Source: Myxococcota bacterium (GTDB lineage Bacteria; Myxococcota_A; UBA9160; JAFDDA01). Taken from it: DNA of 64,000 bases. A model generated the notes under the pieces. That model searched no databases, was not told where the DNA came from, and was given only the letters and a program-made list of their open reading frames with translations. Within the stretch, counting starts at the first letter, position 1. Each line of letters opens with the position of its first letter. Shown here piece by piece: positions 8,901 through 17,731 of this stretch. The translations under genes were made by a program, and so were the position numbers. The DNA lies in assembly GCA_965228475.1 (NCBI GenBank), contig OZ245817.1:32001-96000 (forward strand). The letters are read 5' to 3'.

Positions 8901-10812
8901 TCGGCTCCTCCGGGAGCTCCCCGTAGAAACGGAGCGGTCGATCCGTTCGGCCCTGCGGCTTCACATTGGAGCTGCAGGCGACGACGCCCTGAGAGCGACG
9001 GTTCGGCCACGAGGATTGCGTTGGCGGGCAGCAGGGTCTGGGGTGAGCCGGGAGATCGGAGAGGACCGGGTCTTTGTCGGTTTCATGATGGGGAGCCGCG
9101 GTCGTGGCCTCGACGTCGAGCTGAGGAGCGCTCCAGTGTTGCGCTTGATGCTAGGAGCGGGCGTCCAGAGGCTATTCGGGATCTGGCGGGTCCTCCGCGG
9201 GAGAGCGGTGCGGCTGATCGACGTCAGGGTAGGTCGCCTGCGCGACAAGGCGCTGGCTCCGGGCATCTCGTTGATGAGCAGCGCAACGGATCGACGAACG
9301 TTGTCCCGGGTGTATGCCCTGGGCCTGCTAGGCGTTGCGATAGCCGCCGTTCTGGGGGGGCGAGCGATCTATCTGGCTCAGCCTCGCCAAGGTCGCGACA
9401 ACGTTCGGGCCTCGACGATAGTTGTACCGCCGGTAAGGGGAGAGATTCTGGATCGCGATGGTCGTCGTCTCGCGGTTTCCGTAGAGGCGCCCTCTGTCTA
9501 CATAGACAGCGGCTTCGAAGAATCATCGATTCTATCGCTTTCTCGGGCGCTCGAGCTGGACGAGGGCTTCGTGCGCGGTCGGTTCGAGTCGATGAAGAAC
9601 TTCAGTTTCATCCAGCGGTGGGCGTCCGAGGAGGCGGCTGAGCGGGTGCAGAGTCTCGGTATCCCTGGTGTTGGGGTTCTGCGGGAGCCGAGGAGAATGT
9701 ACCCGGAAGGGACTCTGGCTGGTTCACTGGTCGGTTTCGCGAACATCGATGGCGATGGAGTTCGTGGTATCGAACAGGCAGAGGACAATTGGCTCAGGGG
9801 CAGAGAAAGACGAGTCCTGTTTGAACGCGACGCTCGAGGCAAAGTCATGGCCGACGAGATGCTCGACCCCCGCCAGTGGGCCGGCGGAGACGTGCAGCTG
9901 ACACTTGACCTCGCGACACAACGCCGCGTGGTCGGCGAGTTGTCCAAGCTTCTCACCTCTACTCGATCCGGCGGGGCGGTCGGTGTGGTCTTGGGCAGTC
10001 GGAGCGAGGTTACGGCACTCGCGCAGGCTCCCTCGTTCGATCCGAACCGCTTCCGATCGACCTCCTTTGCGGATACTCGGGCGAAGCCGTTCCTCGACTC
10101 TCACCAACCGGGGATGTCGCTTCTCCCGGTATTCCTGGCGATTGGACTGGAGAAGGGCGTGCTAGGCATCGATGCCTTGGAATCGTTCGACCCGGAGGAT
10201 CCGAGAACCCGCAGCACTGCGAGAGTATTGGCGAGAAGGCTCGGTCCGCGCGGGACTTCCGAAGGCCTTCGTGAGGCCGGGTTCGGGCGGGTGTCAGGAA
10301 GCGGCTTCCCTGGTGAGTCCGCGGGAATTCTGCGGCCCTGGGAACAGTGGCGTCCGATCGACCTCGACGCGATCTCGGCTGGATTCGGGATCAACGTGAC
10401 TCCGATCCAGCTCGCATCCGCGCTCTCGGCCCTTGTGGGCGGCGGAGTCCAGAGGTCGCCCGAACTCGTGCTCACACGCCGAAGGCCTGGAGGGCAATGG
10501 CAGGCCCTTCCTCAATCAGATTCTCGACGCGTCGTCTCTGAGGGTACGTCTCAAGCGATCACCCGCTGGTTCGAGTCGCGCTCCATTGAGCTGATCGGAG
10601 GACGATATTCGAGCTTCGAGGTCCGGGCCGAAGCGTTGAGTTCCAGTACGGGCGAGTTCGACGATCAGATCTTCTGGAGCCTCGGCGTGGTATTTGGGCC
10701 GAGTCCTACCGTGATCGTTCTCCAAGTAACGGACCCAGGTACCGGCGTAGAAGACGCTCTCGGAGCGGCCTTCCGGGGAGTCGCCTCTAGGATCCTCGAG
10801 TCTTCTCCATGA
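5971..10812 (+). CDS. Multidomain vWA-type partner of MoxR, fused to an FtsL-like segment, a beta-rich extracellular region and a C-terminal FtsI/PBP3-like module with a degenerate transpeptidase
   Basis: N-terminal LRSAGLGIG...LAPLLC helical cap; LDVEATVRATA...YLALID...DHQ vWA-like core; ACAVYP and RLPWFRVGWMPDWLR motifs; PBP motifs RGEILDRDG, RMYPEG, GIE, GGDVQLTLD and GINVTPIQLA. Confidence 0.85.
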   Translation: MLPSEESLFDLLDELRSAGLGIGTEHYIQAQELRVSFEQGARSQSDLLSWLAPLLCSSPSDLETFSEVAESWSSRSVNRGRREFPWSLGLGKLRRGFYGWLGRCLGRSIGRWSGGARLLTELRKPDRLGAVTVGLVVGGLGVLFVRNEILDLRYELGEISQQVLALDAEVRSVRGLTGGDVVLDSPDPSSVSVTGVIVDEDGQPLEGAQVEILGALGETRSLELHLGPPLGVGFQGSNIVAVGSEEGRPKVVRWNPERAEPETWYLEADAPRHAELFPDASSVILSSEQGEISLFDIGSSQSRWRKVIRGQVLRVASSPLSTGRAFLVVSWNRGILSAEWFTINGNGESASLVRTIESDLPKLIETEVSEVDFRVLALVESSSEVIALGMSRAGSERWSLPVVGAVDLGMSGQRWVVAREDSIELYSRGSLVLELDEVAGVSDVDLREDALVIETSERSLAVVDPESGTLNVDSRGPPDGPVAWLITQTTMHGEDPVLRRWVHGRPTEATLSINSQSGGPSPGRDGHGAQYQVAPVTALTSAVRPDGLGVATLGLGGVLRFHGVPLVRTTNPLGRFRAKYRSLGALTLVRAEAAPYESRTLLLPVESSRADVQISLDVAQVSSGKPLVESVFLGVAVAVATTLGVFLLALGRPRAVAERADSTAQDDAPSLALAQGGERELIDPHVIDRISQVGGVGGSSLQARLDVEATVRATAEAAGHFKPIHEEISSDERYLALIDARGAGDHQALLVLHLLETLASRGFQATCFTFHSDPRVCRSVDSESDLWSLSRLAAKYSEHSLLIFCNPEQCCDLTAGGLQPWVKGLESFRSRAILDPQPGMLSGELVDSLTSANISVVPSTPEGVERLLAGARHPEREPREPHSPILLERPLRWLDEAPPPEADQDRLCVELIASLGFDDFNLLAACAVYPILDWPLTILLLRALDASKPLEARFGQLLRFSRLPWFRVGWMPDWLRSRLLRELPVETERSIRSALRLHIGAAGDDALRATVRPRGLRWRAAGSGVSREIGEDRVFVGFMMGSRGRGLDVELRSAPVLRLMLGAGVQRLFGIWRVLRGRAVRLIDVRVGRLRDKALAPGISLMSSATDRRTLSRVYALGLLGVAIAAVLGGRAIYLAQPRQGRDNVRASTIVVPPVRGEILDRDGRRLAVSVEAPSVYIDSGFEESSILSLSRALELDEGFVRGRFESMKNFSFIQRWASEEAAERVQSLGIPGVGVLREPRRMYPEGTLAGSLVGFANIDGDGVRGIEQAEDNWLRGRERRVLFERDARGKVMADEMLDPRQWAGGDVQLTLDLATQRRVVGELSKLLTSTRSGGAVGVVLGSRSEVTALAQAPSFDPNRFRSTSFADTRAKPFLDSHQPGMSLLPVFLAIGLEKGVLGIDALESFDPEDPRTRSTARVLARRLGPRGTSEGLREAGFGRVSGSGFPGESAGILRPWEQWRPIDLDAISAGFGINVTPIQLASALSALVGGGVQRSPELVLTRRRPGGQWQALPQSDSRRVVSEGTSQAITRWFESRSIELIGGRYSSFEVRAEALSSSTGEFDDQIFWSLGVVFGPSPTVIVLQVTDPGTGVEDALGAAFRGVASRILESSP

Positions 10813-11885
10813 GGAACTCCGCACCCATCGCTCCGTGCCTATTGCTGTCTGGTCTCGGCATCTTGATGGCATATAGCCTCGGCGCTCCACACGGCGTTGA
10901 AAGAGAGCGGTTGCTCGCGCAGCTAGCGGGAGTCGTGGCGGGTGCCATCGCGGGTTTCTTGGTGTACAGGGTGCCGATACGTCTCCTGCACGACGCCAGC
11001 CCGCTCCTGCTCGTAGTGAGCATCTCTCTTACCATCGCAGGGCTGTTGTTTGGCCGTGAGGTGAACGGTGCCAACCTCTATCTCCATCTGTACGTGTCAG
11101 ACCTCGGATTCGGAATCCGGCACGGGTACCTCAGTGTCCTCCTTGCAATGGTATGGATTGCTAGGAGCGTTCGTGACGCTCGCACAGGCCCCGGGATTCC
11201 GTGGCCCCTCTTGCTCGTCCTCTTCCCGGGAGGAGCAATGCTCGCTGCTGGGGACCGAGTGTCGTTTGTACTCCTCACTACGATCGTGGTTCTCGCCCTG
11301 TTCGTGACCGGAGTTCGGATTCGTTGGCTCGTAGGGGCAATGACGATCTCGCTCTCGGTGATGGCTCTCTGGTTGGCGAACAACCCCTATCTTTGGACCC
11401 GCTTTGCTGGGTTTCTTGCACCGTGGGATCGTCGAGAGTACGAGGCCTACTCCCTGGTGCAATCGTTCGTTGCATTCGAGCGTGGAGGCCTCTTGGGGGT
11501 TGGCTTGGGAGACAGTCGCCAGAAACTGTTCTATCTCCCCGAAGCCCACTCTGATTTCGTGCTGGCTGTCTTGGCCGAGGAGCTAGGTGCGGTGGCCGTC
11601 TTGGTGGTGATCCTCTGTTTCGTGTGGATCGGGAGGTATGGATGGCAGGCAGCGATCCGATCGCACACGCTTTTTTCGAGGGCTCTTGCCACAATCACCA
11701 CCGCTTTCCTCGTGGTCCCTGTCACGTTGCACGCCGCGTCCGTTATGGGATTGATCCCGACGTCGACTTTTCCTTTGCCACTGGTCTCCTACGGCCGCAA
11801 CCATCTGCTTGTCTTTGGCGCCGCCATGGGAGTCCTTTGCCGCATCGACAGAGAATCGGCCCGAATGGACGGAATGGACGAGTAG
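10809..11885 (+). CDS. FtsW/RodA SEDS-family protein (divergent FtsW-like)
   Basis: Polytopic membrane protein with YSLVQSFVAF, GGLLGVGLGDSRQKLFYLPEAHSDF...EELG and LPLVSYG; ATGA overlap with the upstream gene. Confidence 0.9.
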   Translation: MRNSAPIAPCLLLSGLGILMAYSLGAPHGVERERLLAQLAGVVAGAIAGFLVYRVPIRLLHDASPLLLVVSISLTIAGLLFGREVNGANLYLHLYVSDLGFGIRHGYLSVLLAMVWIARSVRDARTGPGIPWPLLLVLFPGGAMLAAGDRVSFVLLTTIVVLALFVTGVRIRWLVGAMTISLSVMALWLANNPYLWTRFAGFLAPWDRREYEAYSLVQSFVAFERGGLLGVGLGDSRQKLFYLPEAHSDFVLAVLAEELGAVAVLVVILCFVWIGRYGWQAAIRSHTLFSRALATITTAFLVVPVTLHAASVMGLIPTSTFPLPLVSYGRNHLLVFGAAMGVLCRIDRESARMDGMDE

Positions 11886-11955
11886 GGTCCTATGTGCCCT
11901 GCGCAATAAGCCGTCTTCGTGTCGCAGCGGCTTGCCTACTGGGCGGCTCGATGCG

Positions 11956-11984
11956 TTGACGGGCATTTTGCTCGCGGCTAGCTT
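11956..11984 (+). promoter_or_regulatory. Sigma70-type promoter for the nuo operon
   Basis: TTGACG-N17-TAGCTT, about 110 bp upstream of nuoA. Confidence 0.55.
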
Positions 11985-12091
11985 CCCCGAGATCCCTAGA
12001 TCTATCGCGGAGTTCCGCCACAGTCCGCACACCAGTCCGCACGCGTCTTGGCGCGCCTTCGCCGCCCGCCAGAAGCTGGAGGGGCTCCTCG

Positions 12092-12445
12092 ATGCTGGCC
12101 GAGTTCACCGGCGTGCTGCTGATGCTTGGGGTCGCCCTGGCCGTGGCCGGCGGCATGCTGCTCGTGCAGCAGCTCCTCTCGCCCCGCCGCGAATTCCCCG
12201 AGAAGCAGGAACCCTTCGAGTGCGGCGAGAGCCCCGTCGTCTCCCCCCGCCAGCGCTTCAGCGTGAAGTTCTATCTCGTCGCGATGCTCTTCCTCGTGTT
12301 CGATCTCGAGGCGGTGTTCTTCTACCCCTGGGCCGCGCTCTTCACGGACCTCGGCTGGTACGGCTACGGGATCATGACGGTCTTCGCCGTGCCGCTGGTC
12401 GTGGGCCTCGCCTACGAGTGGATGAAGGGCGCGCTCGAGTGGTGA
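12092..12445 (+). CDS. nuoA: NADH-quinone oxidoreductase subunit A
   Basis: K.EPFECG, FYLVAMLFLVFDLE, YEWMKGALEW. Confidence 0.96.
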   Translation: MLAEFTGVLLMLGVALAVAGGMLLVQQLLSPRREFPEKQEPFECGESPVVSPRQRFSVKFYLVAMLFLVFDLEAVFFYPWAALFTDLGWYGYGIMTVFAVPLVVGLAYEWMKGALEW

Positions 12446-12906
12446 TCTCCGAGGCCACCCGCTCGGCCATCGACGCACAGGTCGCGCGCTACCCGAGGCC
12501 GCGCGGCGCGCTGCTGCCGGCCCTGCACCTCGTCCAGAAGGAGCACGGCCACGTCTCGCCCGACGCGGCGCGCGAGCTCGCGGAGATCTTCGCGCTCGAG
12601 CCCATCGAAGTGTTCGAGGTGATCTCCTTCTACAACATGTTCCGCAGCCGGCCCGAGGGCCGCCACCACGTCTACGTCTGCACGAATCTGCCCTGCTCCC
12701 TGCGCGGCGCGCGGGGCCTGCTCGGCCAGCTCGAGGCACACCTCGGCATCCGGGCCGGGGAGACCACGGAGGACGGACGCATCACCCTCGGCCACGAGGA
12801 ATGCCTCGGCGCCTGCGGCTACGCCTCGATGCTGCGCGTCGACGAGACCTATCACGAAGACCTCGACCCGGCCCGCGCCAAGGAGATCCTCGACGCCCTC
12901 GAATAG
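12442..12906 (+). CDS. nuoE: NADH-quinone oxidoreductase subunit E
   Basis: GTG start overlapping the nuoA stop; ALLPALH, SFYNMF, CTNLPC and ECLGAC 2Fe-2S ligands. Confidence 0.95.
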   Translation: MISEATRSAIDAQVARYPRPRGALLPALHLVQKEHGHVSPDAARELAEIFALEPIEVFEVISFYNMFRSRPEGRHHVYVCTNLPCSLRGARGLLGQLEAHLGIRAGETTEDGRITLGHEECLGACGYASMLRVDETYHEDLDPARAKEILDALE

Positions 12907-12921
12907 GGCGCCCACGCTCGC

Positions 12922-14220
<1,299 letters not shown>

Positions 14221-14228
14221 GCGGGGCG

Positions 14229-15698
14229 ATGGCGAAGATCACCGTCGACGGCACCGTGTACGAGGTGAAGGCAGGCCGGACGATCCTCCAGGCGCTCGAC
14301 GAACTCGGCGTGCTCGGCCGGGACGTCGAGGTTCCCCACTACTGCTGGCACCCGAAGCTCTCGATCGACGGCTCGTGCCGGCTGTGCCAGGTCGAGGTCG
14401 AGGGTTTTCCGAAGCTCCAGATCGCGTGCAACACCCCGGTGAAGGACGGGATGGAGATCCGCACCCGGACGGAGGCGGTGCAGAGTGCGCGCGAGGGCGT
14501 GATGGAGCTCCTGCTCGTGAACCATCCGCTCGACTGCCCGATCTGCGACCAGGCCGGTGAGTGCAAGCTCCAGGACTACGCCTTCGAGTACGGCGTCGAA
14601 CACGCGCGGACGCGCGAGCCGCGCCGGGCCGCCAAGAAGAACGTGAGCCTCGGCCCGACCATCGTCTTCGACCAGGAGCGCTGCATCCTGTGCCGGCGCT
14701 GCGTCCGCTTCTGCCGGGAAGTACCCGGCACCGGGGAGCTCGGCGTCGTCGGCCGCGGCGATCACTCCCTGATCGAGACCTTTCCCGGCATGGAGCTCGA
14801 CAACCCGTACTCGATGAACGTCGCCGACATCTGTCCCGTCGGCGCGCTCACGACGAAGGACTTCCGCTTCAAGATCCGCGTCTGGTTCCTCGAGGACGTG
14901 CCCGGCGTCTGCACCGGTTGCGCCAAGGGCTGCAACGTCTGGATGGGGACGTCGAAGGGAGAGGTCCATCGCTACACGCCCCGCCGCAACGACGAGGTGA
15001 ACGAGACCTGGCTCTGCGACGCCGGGCGCATGACGTACAAGGAGATCGGCTCGCCCGCGCGGCTCGGGCATGCGCTCGTGCGCGGCGAGCTCGGCGTTCC
15101 GGAGACGGCGCCGACGAAGACCGCGCTCGCCGCGGCCGCCGAGCGCCTGACCGCCCTCGCTGCGGCCAAGGGCCCCGGGGTGATCGGCGCGGTCGCCTCC
15201 GGCCACGGGACCAACGAGGACCTCGCGGCCTTCGCGCGCTGGCTCGATGCCGCGGGGATCGAGAACCGCGGGCTGGCCACCGCCGCGGGCGAGAGCGACG
15301 ACCTGCTCGTCCAGGCCGAGAAGGCGGCCAACGGAGAGGGCGCGCGCCAGGCGGGCTTCGGCCCGGTCGCGCCGCTGCTCGACCGCCTGCGCGGCGGCGG
15401 GCTCGAGGCGCTCGTCGTCTGGGGCCACGATCTGCTCGCGCCCGAGCATCTCGGAGGCATCGAGCCGCTCGCGGGTCTCGAGACGCTCGTCGTCTTCGAC
15501 ACGCATCACTCGGCCCTCGAACGGCTGGCCCACGTCGTCGTCCCGACGCGCCACCTCGCCGAGAAATCCGGCCACGTCACCAACCACGAGGGCATCGTCC
15601 AGGCGGTCTCGCGCGCCGTGCCGGCGCCGGGCGATGCCATCGACGACGCCGAAGCCTTCGACGCGCTCGCCGCCGCGATGCGGAGCGAAGCGCCGTGA
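14229..15698 (+). CDS. nuoG: NADH-quinone oxidoreductase subunit G (short form, 489 aa)
   Basis: ATG at 14229; CWHP..CRLC, HPLDCPICD, CILCRRCVRFC, CPVGAL, CTGCAKGC. Confidence 0.93.
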   Translation: MAKITVDGTVYEVKAGRTILQALDELGVLGRDVEVPHYCWHPKLSIDGSCRLCQVEVEGFPKLQIACNTPVKDGMEIRTRTEAVQSAREGVMELLLVNHPLDCPICDQAGECKLQDYAFEYGVEHARTREPRRAAKKNVSLGPTIVFDQERCILCRRCVRFCREVPGTGELGVVGRGDHSLIETFPGMELDNPYSMNVADICPVGALTTKDFRFKIRVWFLEDVPGVCTGCAKGCNVWMGTSKGEVHRYTPRRNDEVNETWLCDAGRMTYKEIGSPARLGHALVRGELGVPETAPTKTALAAAAERLTALAAAKGPGVIGAVASGHGTNEDLAAFARWLDAAGIENRGLATAAGESDDLLVQAEKAANGEGARQAGFGPVAPLLDRLRGGGLEALVVWGHDLLAPEHLGGIEPLAGLETLVVFDTHHSALERLAHVVVPTRHLAEKSGHVTNHEGIVQAVSRAVPAPGDAIDDAEAFDALAAAMRSEAP

Positions 15699-16855
15699 CC
15701 TTCGAGGTCGTCGCGAAGGCGCTCTTCATCCTGCTCGTCGTGATGGCGGGTTTCCTCCCGATCATCACGTGGATCGAGCGCAAGCAGTCGGCCGTGATGC
15801 AGGACCGCATCGGGGCGAACCGCGCCGACATCGCCGGCATCACCGTGCTCGGCCTGCTCCATCCGCTGACCGACGTGCTGAAGCTCTTCGCCAAGGAGGA
15901 CTTCGTCCCCGAAGGCGCGAACCGGTTCATGCACCTGCTCGCGCCGGTGATCTCGCTCGTACCCGCGATCATGATGCTCGCGGTCGTCCCCTTCGGCGGC
16001 GTCTACGACTTCGGCGGCGAGCGTCCGCTCTCCCTCGTCGTGGCGGACATCGATTGGGGCATGCTCTTCGTCTTCGCCGTCGGCTCAATCGCGGCCTATG
16101 GCTCGGTCATCTCCGGCTGGGCGAGCAACAACAACTGGGCGTTGCTCGGGAGCCTGCGCGCCTCGGCCCAGATCATCTCCTACGAAGTCACGATGGGGCT
16201 CTCCATCGCGGGCATCTTCATGTGCTTCCAGACGCTCTCGCTCCAGGAGATGGCCCTCGCCCAGGACCAGAGCTTCCGCGTGTTCGGGTTCCTCGAACAC
16301 CTGGGCCTCGTCGCCACGCTGCCCGCGGCCCTCGCCTGGGTGAAGCTCCCTCTCTGGGGGATCTTCCTGCAGCCGCTCGGCTTCGTGCTCTTCCTCACCT
16401 GCATCATGGCCGAGAACAAGCGCCCGCCCTTCGGCCTGCCCGAAGGCGAGACCGAGATCGTCGCCGGCTACCACCTCGAGTACTCGGGCATGCGCTGGGG
16501 CCTCTTCTACACTGCCGAGTTTCTCGAAGTTCCGGTGATCGGCTGCATCGTCACCGCCGCCTTCCTCGGCGGCTGGACGATCCCGTTCCTCGACACCCAG
16601 ACGCTCGTCGGCGCGGTCGCGCCCTTCTTCGGCGAAGGCTTCGCGAACGGCGTCGCCATGGTGGCGCAAGTGACGGCCTTCTTCGCCAAGGTCGTCTTCA
16701 TGATCTGGCTCCAGATGCTGATCCGCTGGAGCCTTCCGCAGTTCCGCTACGACCAGGTCATGGACCTGTGCTGGAAGATCATGCTCCCGCTCTCGCTCGC
16801 GAACATCTTCGTGACGGGGCTCGTGATCCTCTGGCTGAAGGACCTCGGCGTATGA
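15695..16855 (+). CDS. nuoH: NADH-quinone oxidoreductase subunit H
   Basis: GTG at 15695; ERK..A.MQDRIG, DVLKLFAKE, AQIISYE, RYDQ.M..CWK. Confidence 0.96.
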   Translation: MTFEVVAKALFILLVVMAGFLPIITWIERKQSAVMQDRIGANRADIAGITVLGLLHPLTDVLKLFAKEDFVPEGANRFMHLLAPVISLVPAIMMLAVVPFGGVYDFGGERPLSLVVADIDWGMLFVFAVGSIAAYGSVISGWASNNNWALLGSLRASAQIISYEVTMGLSIAGIFMCFQTLSLQEMALAQDQSFRVFGFLEHLGLVATLPAALAWVKLPLWGIFLQPLGFVLFLTCIMAENKRPPFGLPEGETEIVAGYHLEYSGMRWGLFYTAEFLEVPVIGCIVTAAFLGGWTIPFLDTQTLVGAVAPFFGEGFANGVAMVAQVTAFFAKVVFMIWLQMLIRWSLPQFRYDQVMDLCWKIMLPLSLANIFVTGLVILWLKDLGV

Positions 16856-16874
16856 GACTCCGGGACCTCGACGT

Positions 16875-17381
16875 ATGAGCGCCGAACTCGTCCTCTTCTA
16901 CGTGTTCGCAGCGCTCACGGGTGGCTCCGCGCTGGCGATGGTGCTCTCGGCGCGCAACACCGTCGCCGCAGCGATGTTCCTCGTGGTGACGATGGTCTCG
17001 CTGGCGGCGATCTACGTCCTGCTCGAGGCCTACCTGATCGCGGTGCTGCAGATCATGGTGTACGGCGGCGCGATCGTCGTGCTGTTCGTCTTCGTCGTGA
17101 TGCTCCTGAACCTGCGTCAGGACGAGTTCCCGCCCGCGAAGCAGTGGCTCGCCAAGGGCGCCGGAATCCTGCTGGCCGGATTCGCCCTGGTGAAGTTCGT
17201 GATGGTGCTCCCCGCAGCCCTGCCCGAAGCGGCGGCGACCCTGCCCGAGGGGTTCGGGGGCTACCGCCAGGTCGGAACGGCGCTCTTCACGCGCTACGTG
17301 CTCGCCTTCGAGGCGACGTCGCTCGTGCTGCTCGCGGCGCTCGTCGGCGCCGTGGTCCTCGCCAAGCGGAGGATCGACTGA
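16875..17381 (+). CDS. nuoJ: NADH-quinone oxidoreductase subunit J
   Basis: [24 protein letters not shown]. Confidence 0.95.
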   Translation: MSAELVLFYVFAALTGGSALAMVLSARNTVAAAMFLVVTMVSLAAIYVLLEAYLIAVLQIMVYGGAIVVLFVFVVMLLNLRQDEFPPAKQWLAKGAGILLAGFALVKFVMVLPAALPEAAATLPEGFGGYRQVGTALFTRYVLAFEATSLVLLAALVGAVVLAKRRID

Positions 17382-17403
17382 TGCCGGCCCGGGGGATCGT
17401 CTG

Positions 17404-17712
17404 ATGTCCGCCATCCCGATCGACCTGGTGATCGCCCTTTCGGCGTTCCTGTTCGCCGTCGGCGTCGTCGGGGCGCTCGTGCGCCGGAACATCATCGTGA
17501 TCCTGATGTCGATCGAGCTGATGCTGAACGCCGTGAACCTGGCCTTCGTCGGCTTCGCCCGGCTGCACGGCAACACGGATGGGCACGTCTTCGCCCTGAT
17601 GGTCACCACGGTCGCCGCGGCCGAGGTGGCCGTCGGCCTCGGGATCGTGATCGCCCTGTTCCGCAACCGCGACACCGTGAACATCGACGACGTGAGCCTG
17701 CTGAAATGGTGA
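17404..17712 (+). CDS. nuoK: NADH-quinone oxidoreductase subunit K
   Basis: [26 protein letters not shown]. Confidence 0.97.
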   Translation: MSAIPIDLVIALSAFLFAVGVVGALVRRNIIVILMSIELMLNAVNLAFVGFARLHGNTDGHVFALMVTTVAAAEVAVGLGIVIALFRNRDTVNIDDVSLLKW

Positions 17713-17731
17713 GCGGCGAGGCGGGCGCGCG

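Noticed and set aside
9300..11885. Interpretation as the native dcw (ftsI-ftsW) cluster
   Set aside because: No mraZ/rsmH/mur/mraY/ftsQAZ neighbours, the PBP is fused to a vWA protein and lacks catalytic motifs, and composition is atypical.
3270..12090. Prophage, ICE or att sites bounding the island
   Set aside because: No integrase, tRNA or matching direct repeats found by eye. The CAGTCCGCAC doublet at 12021-12043 is local only.
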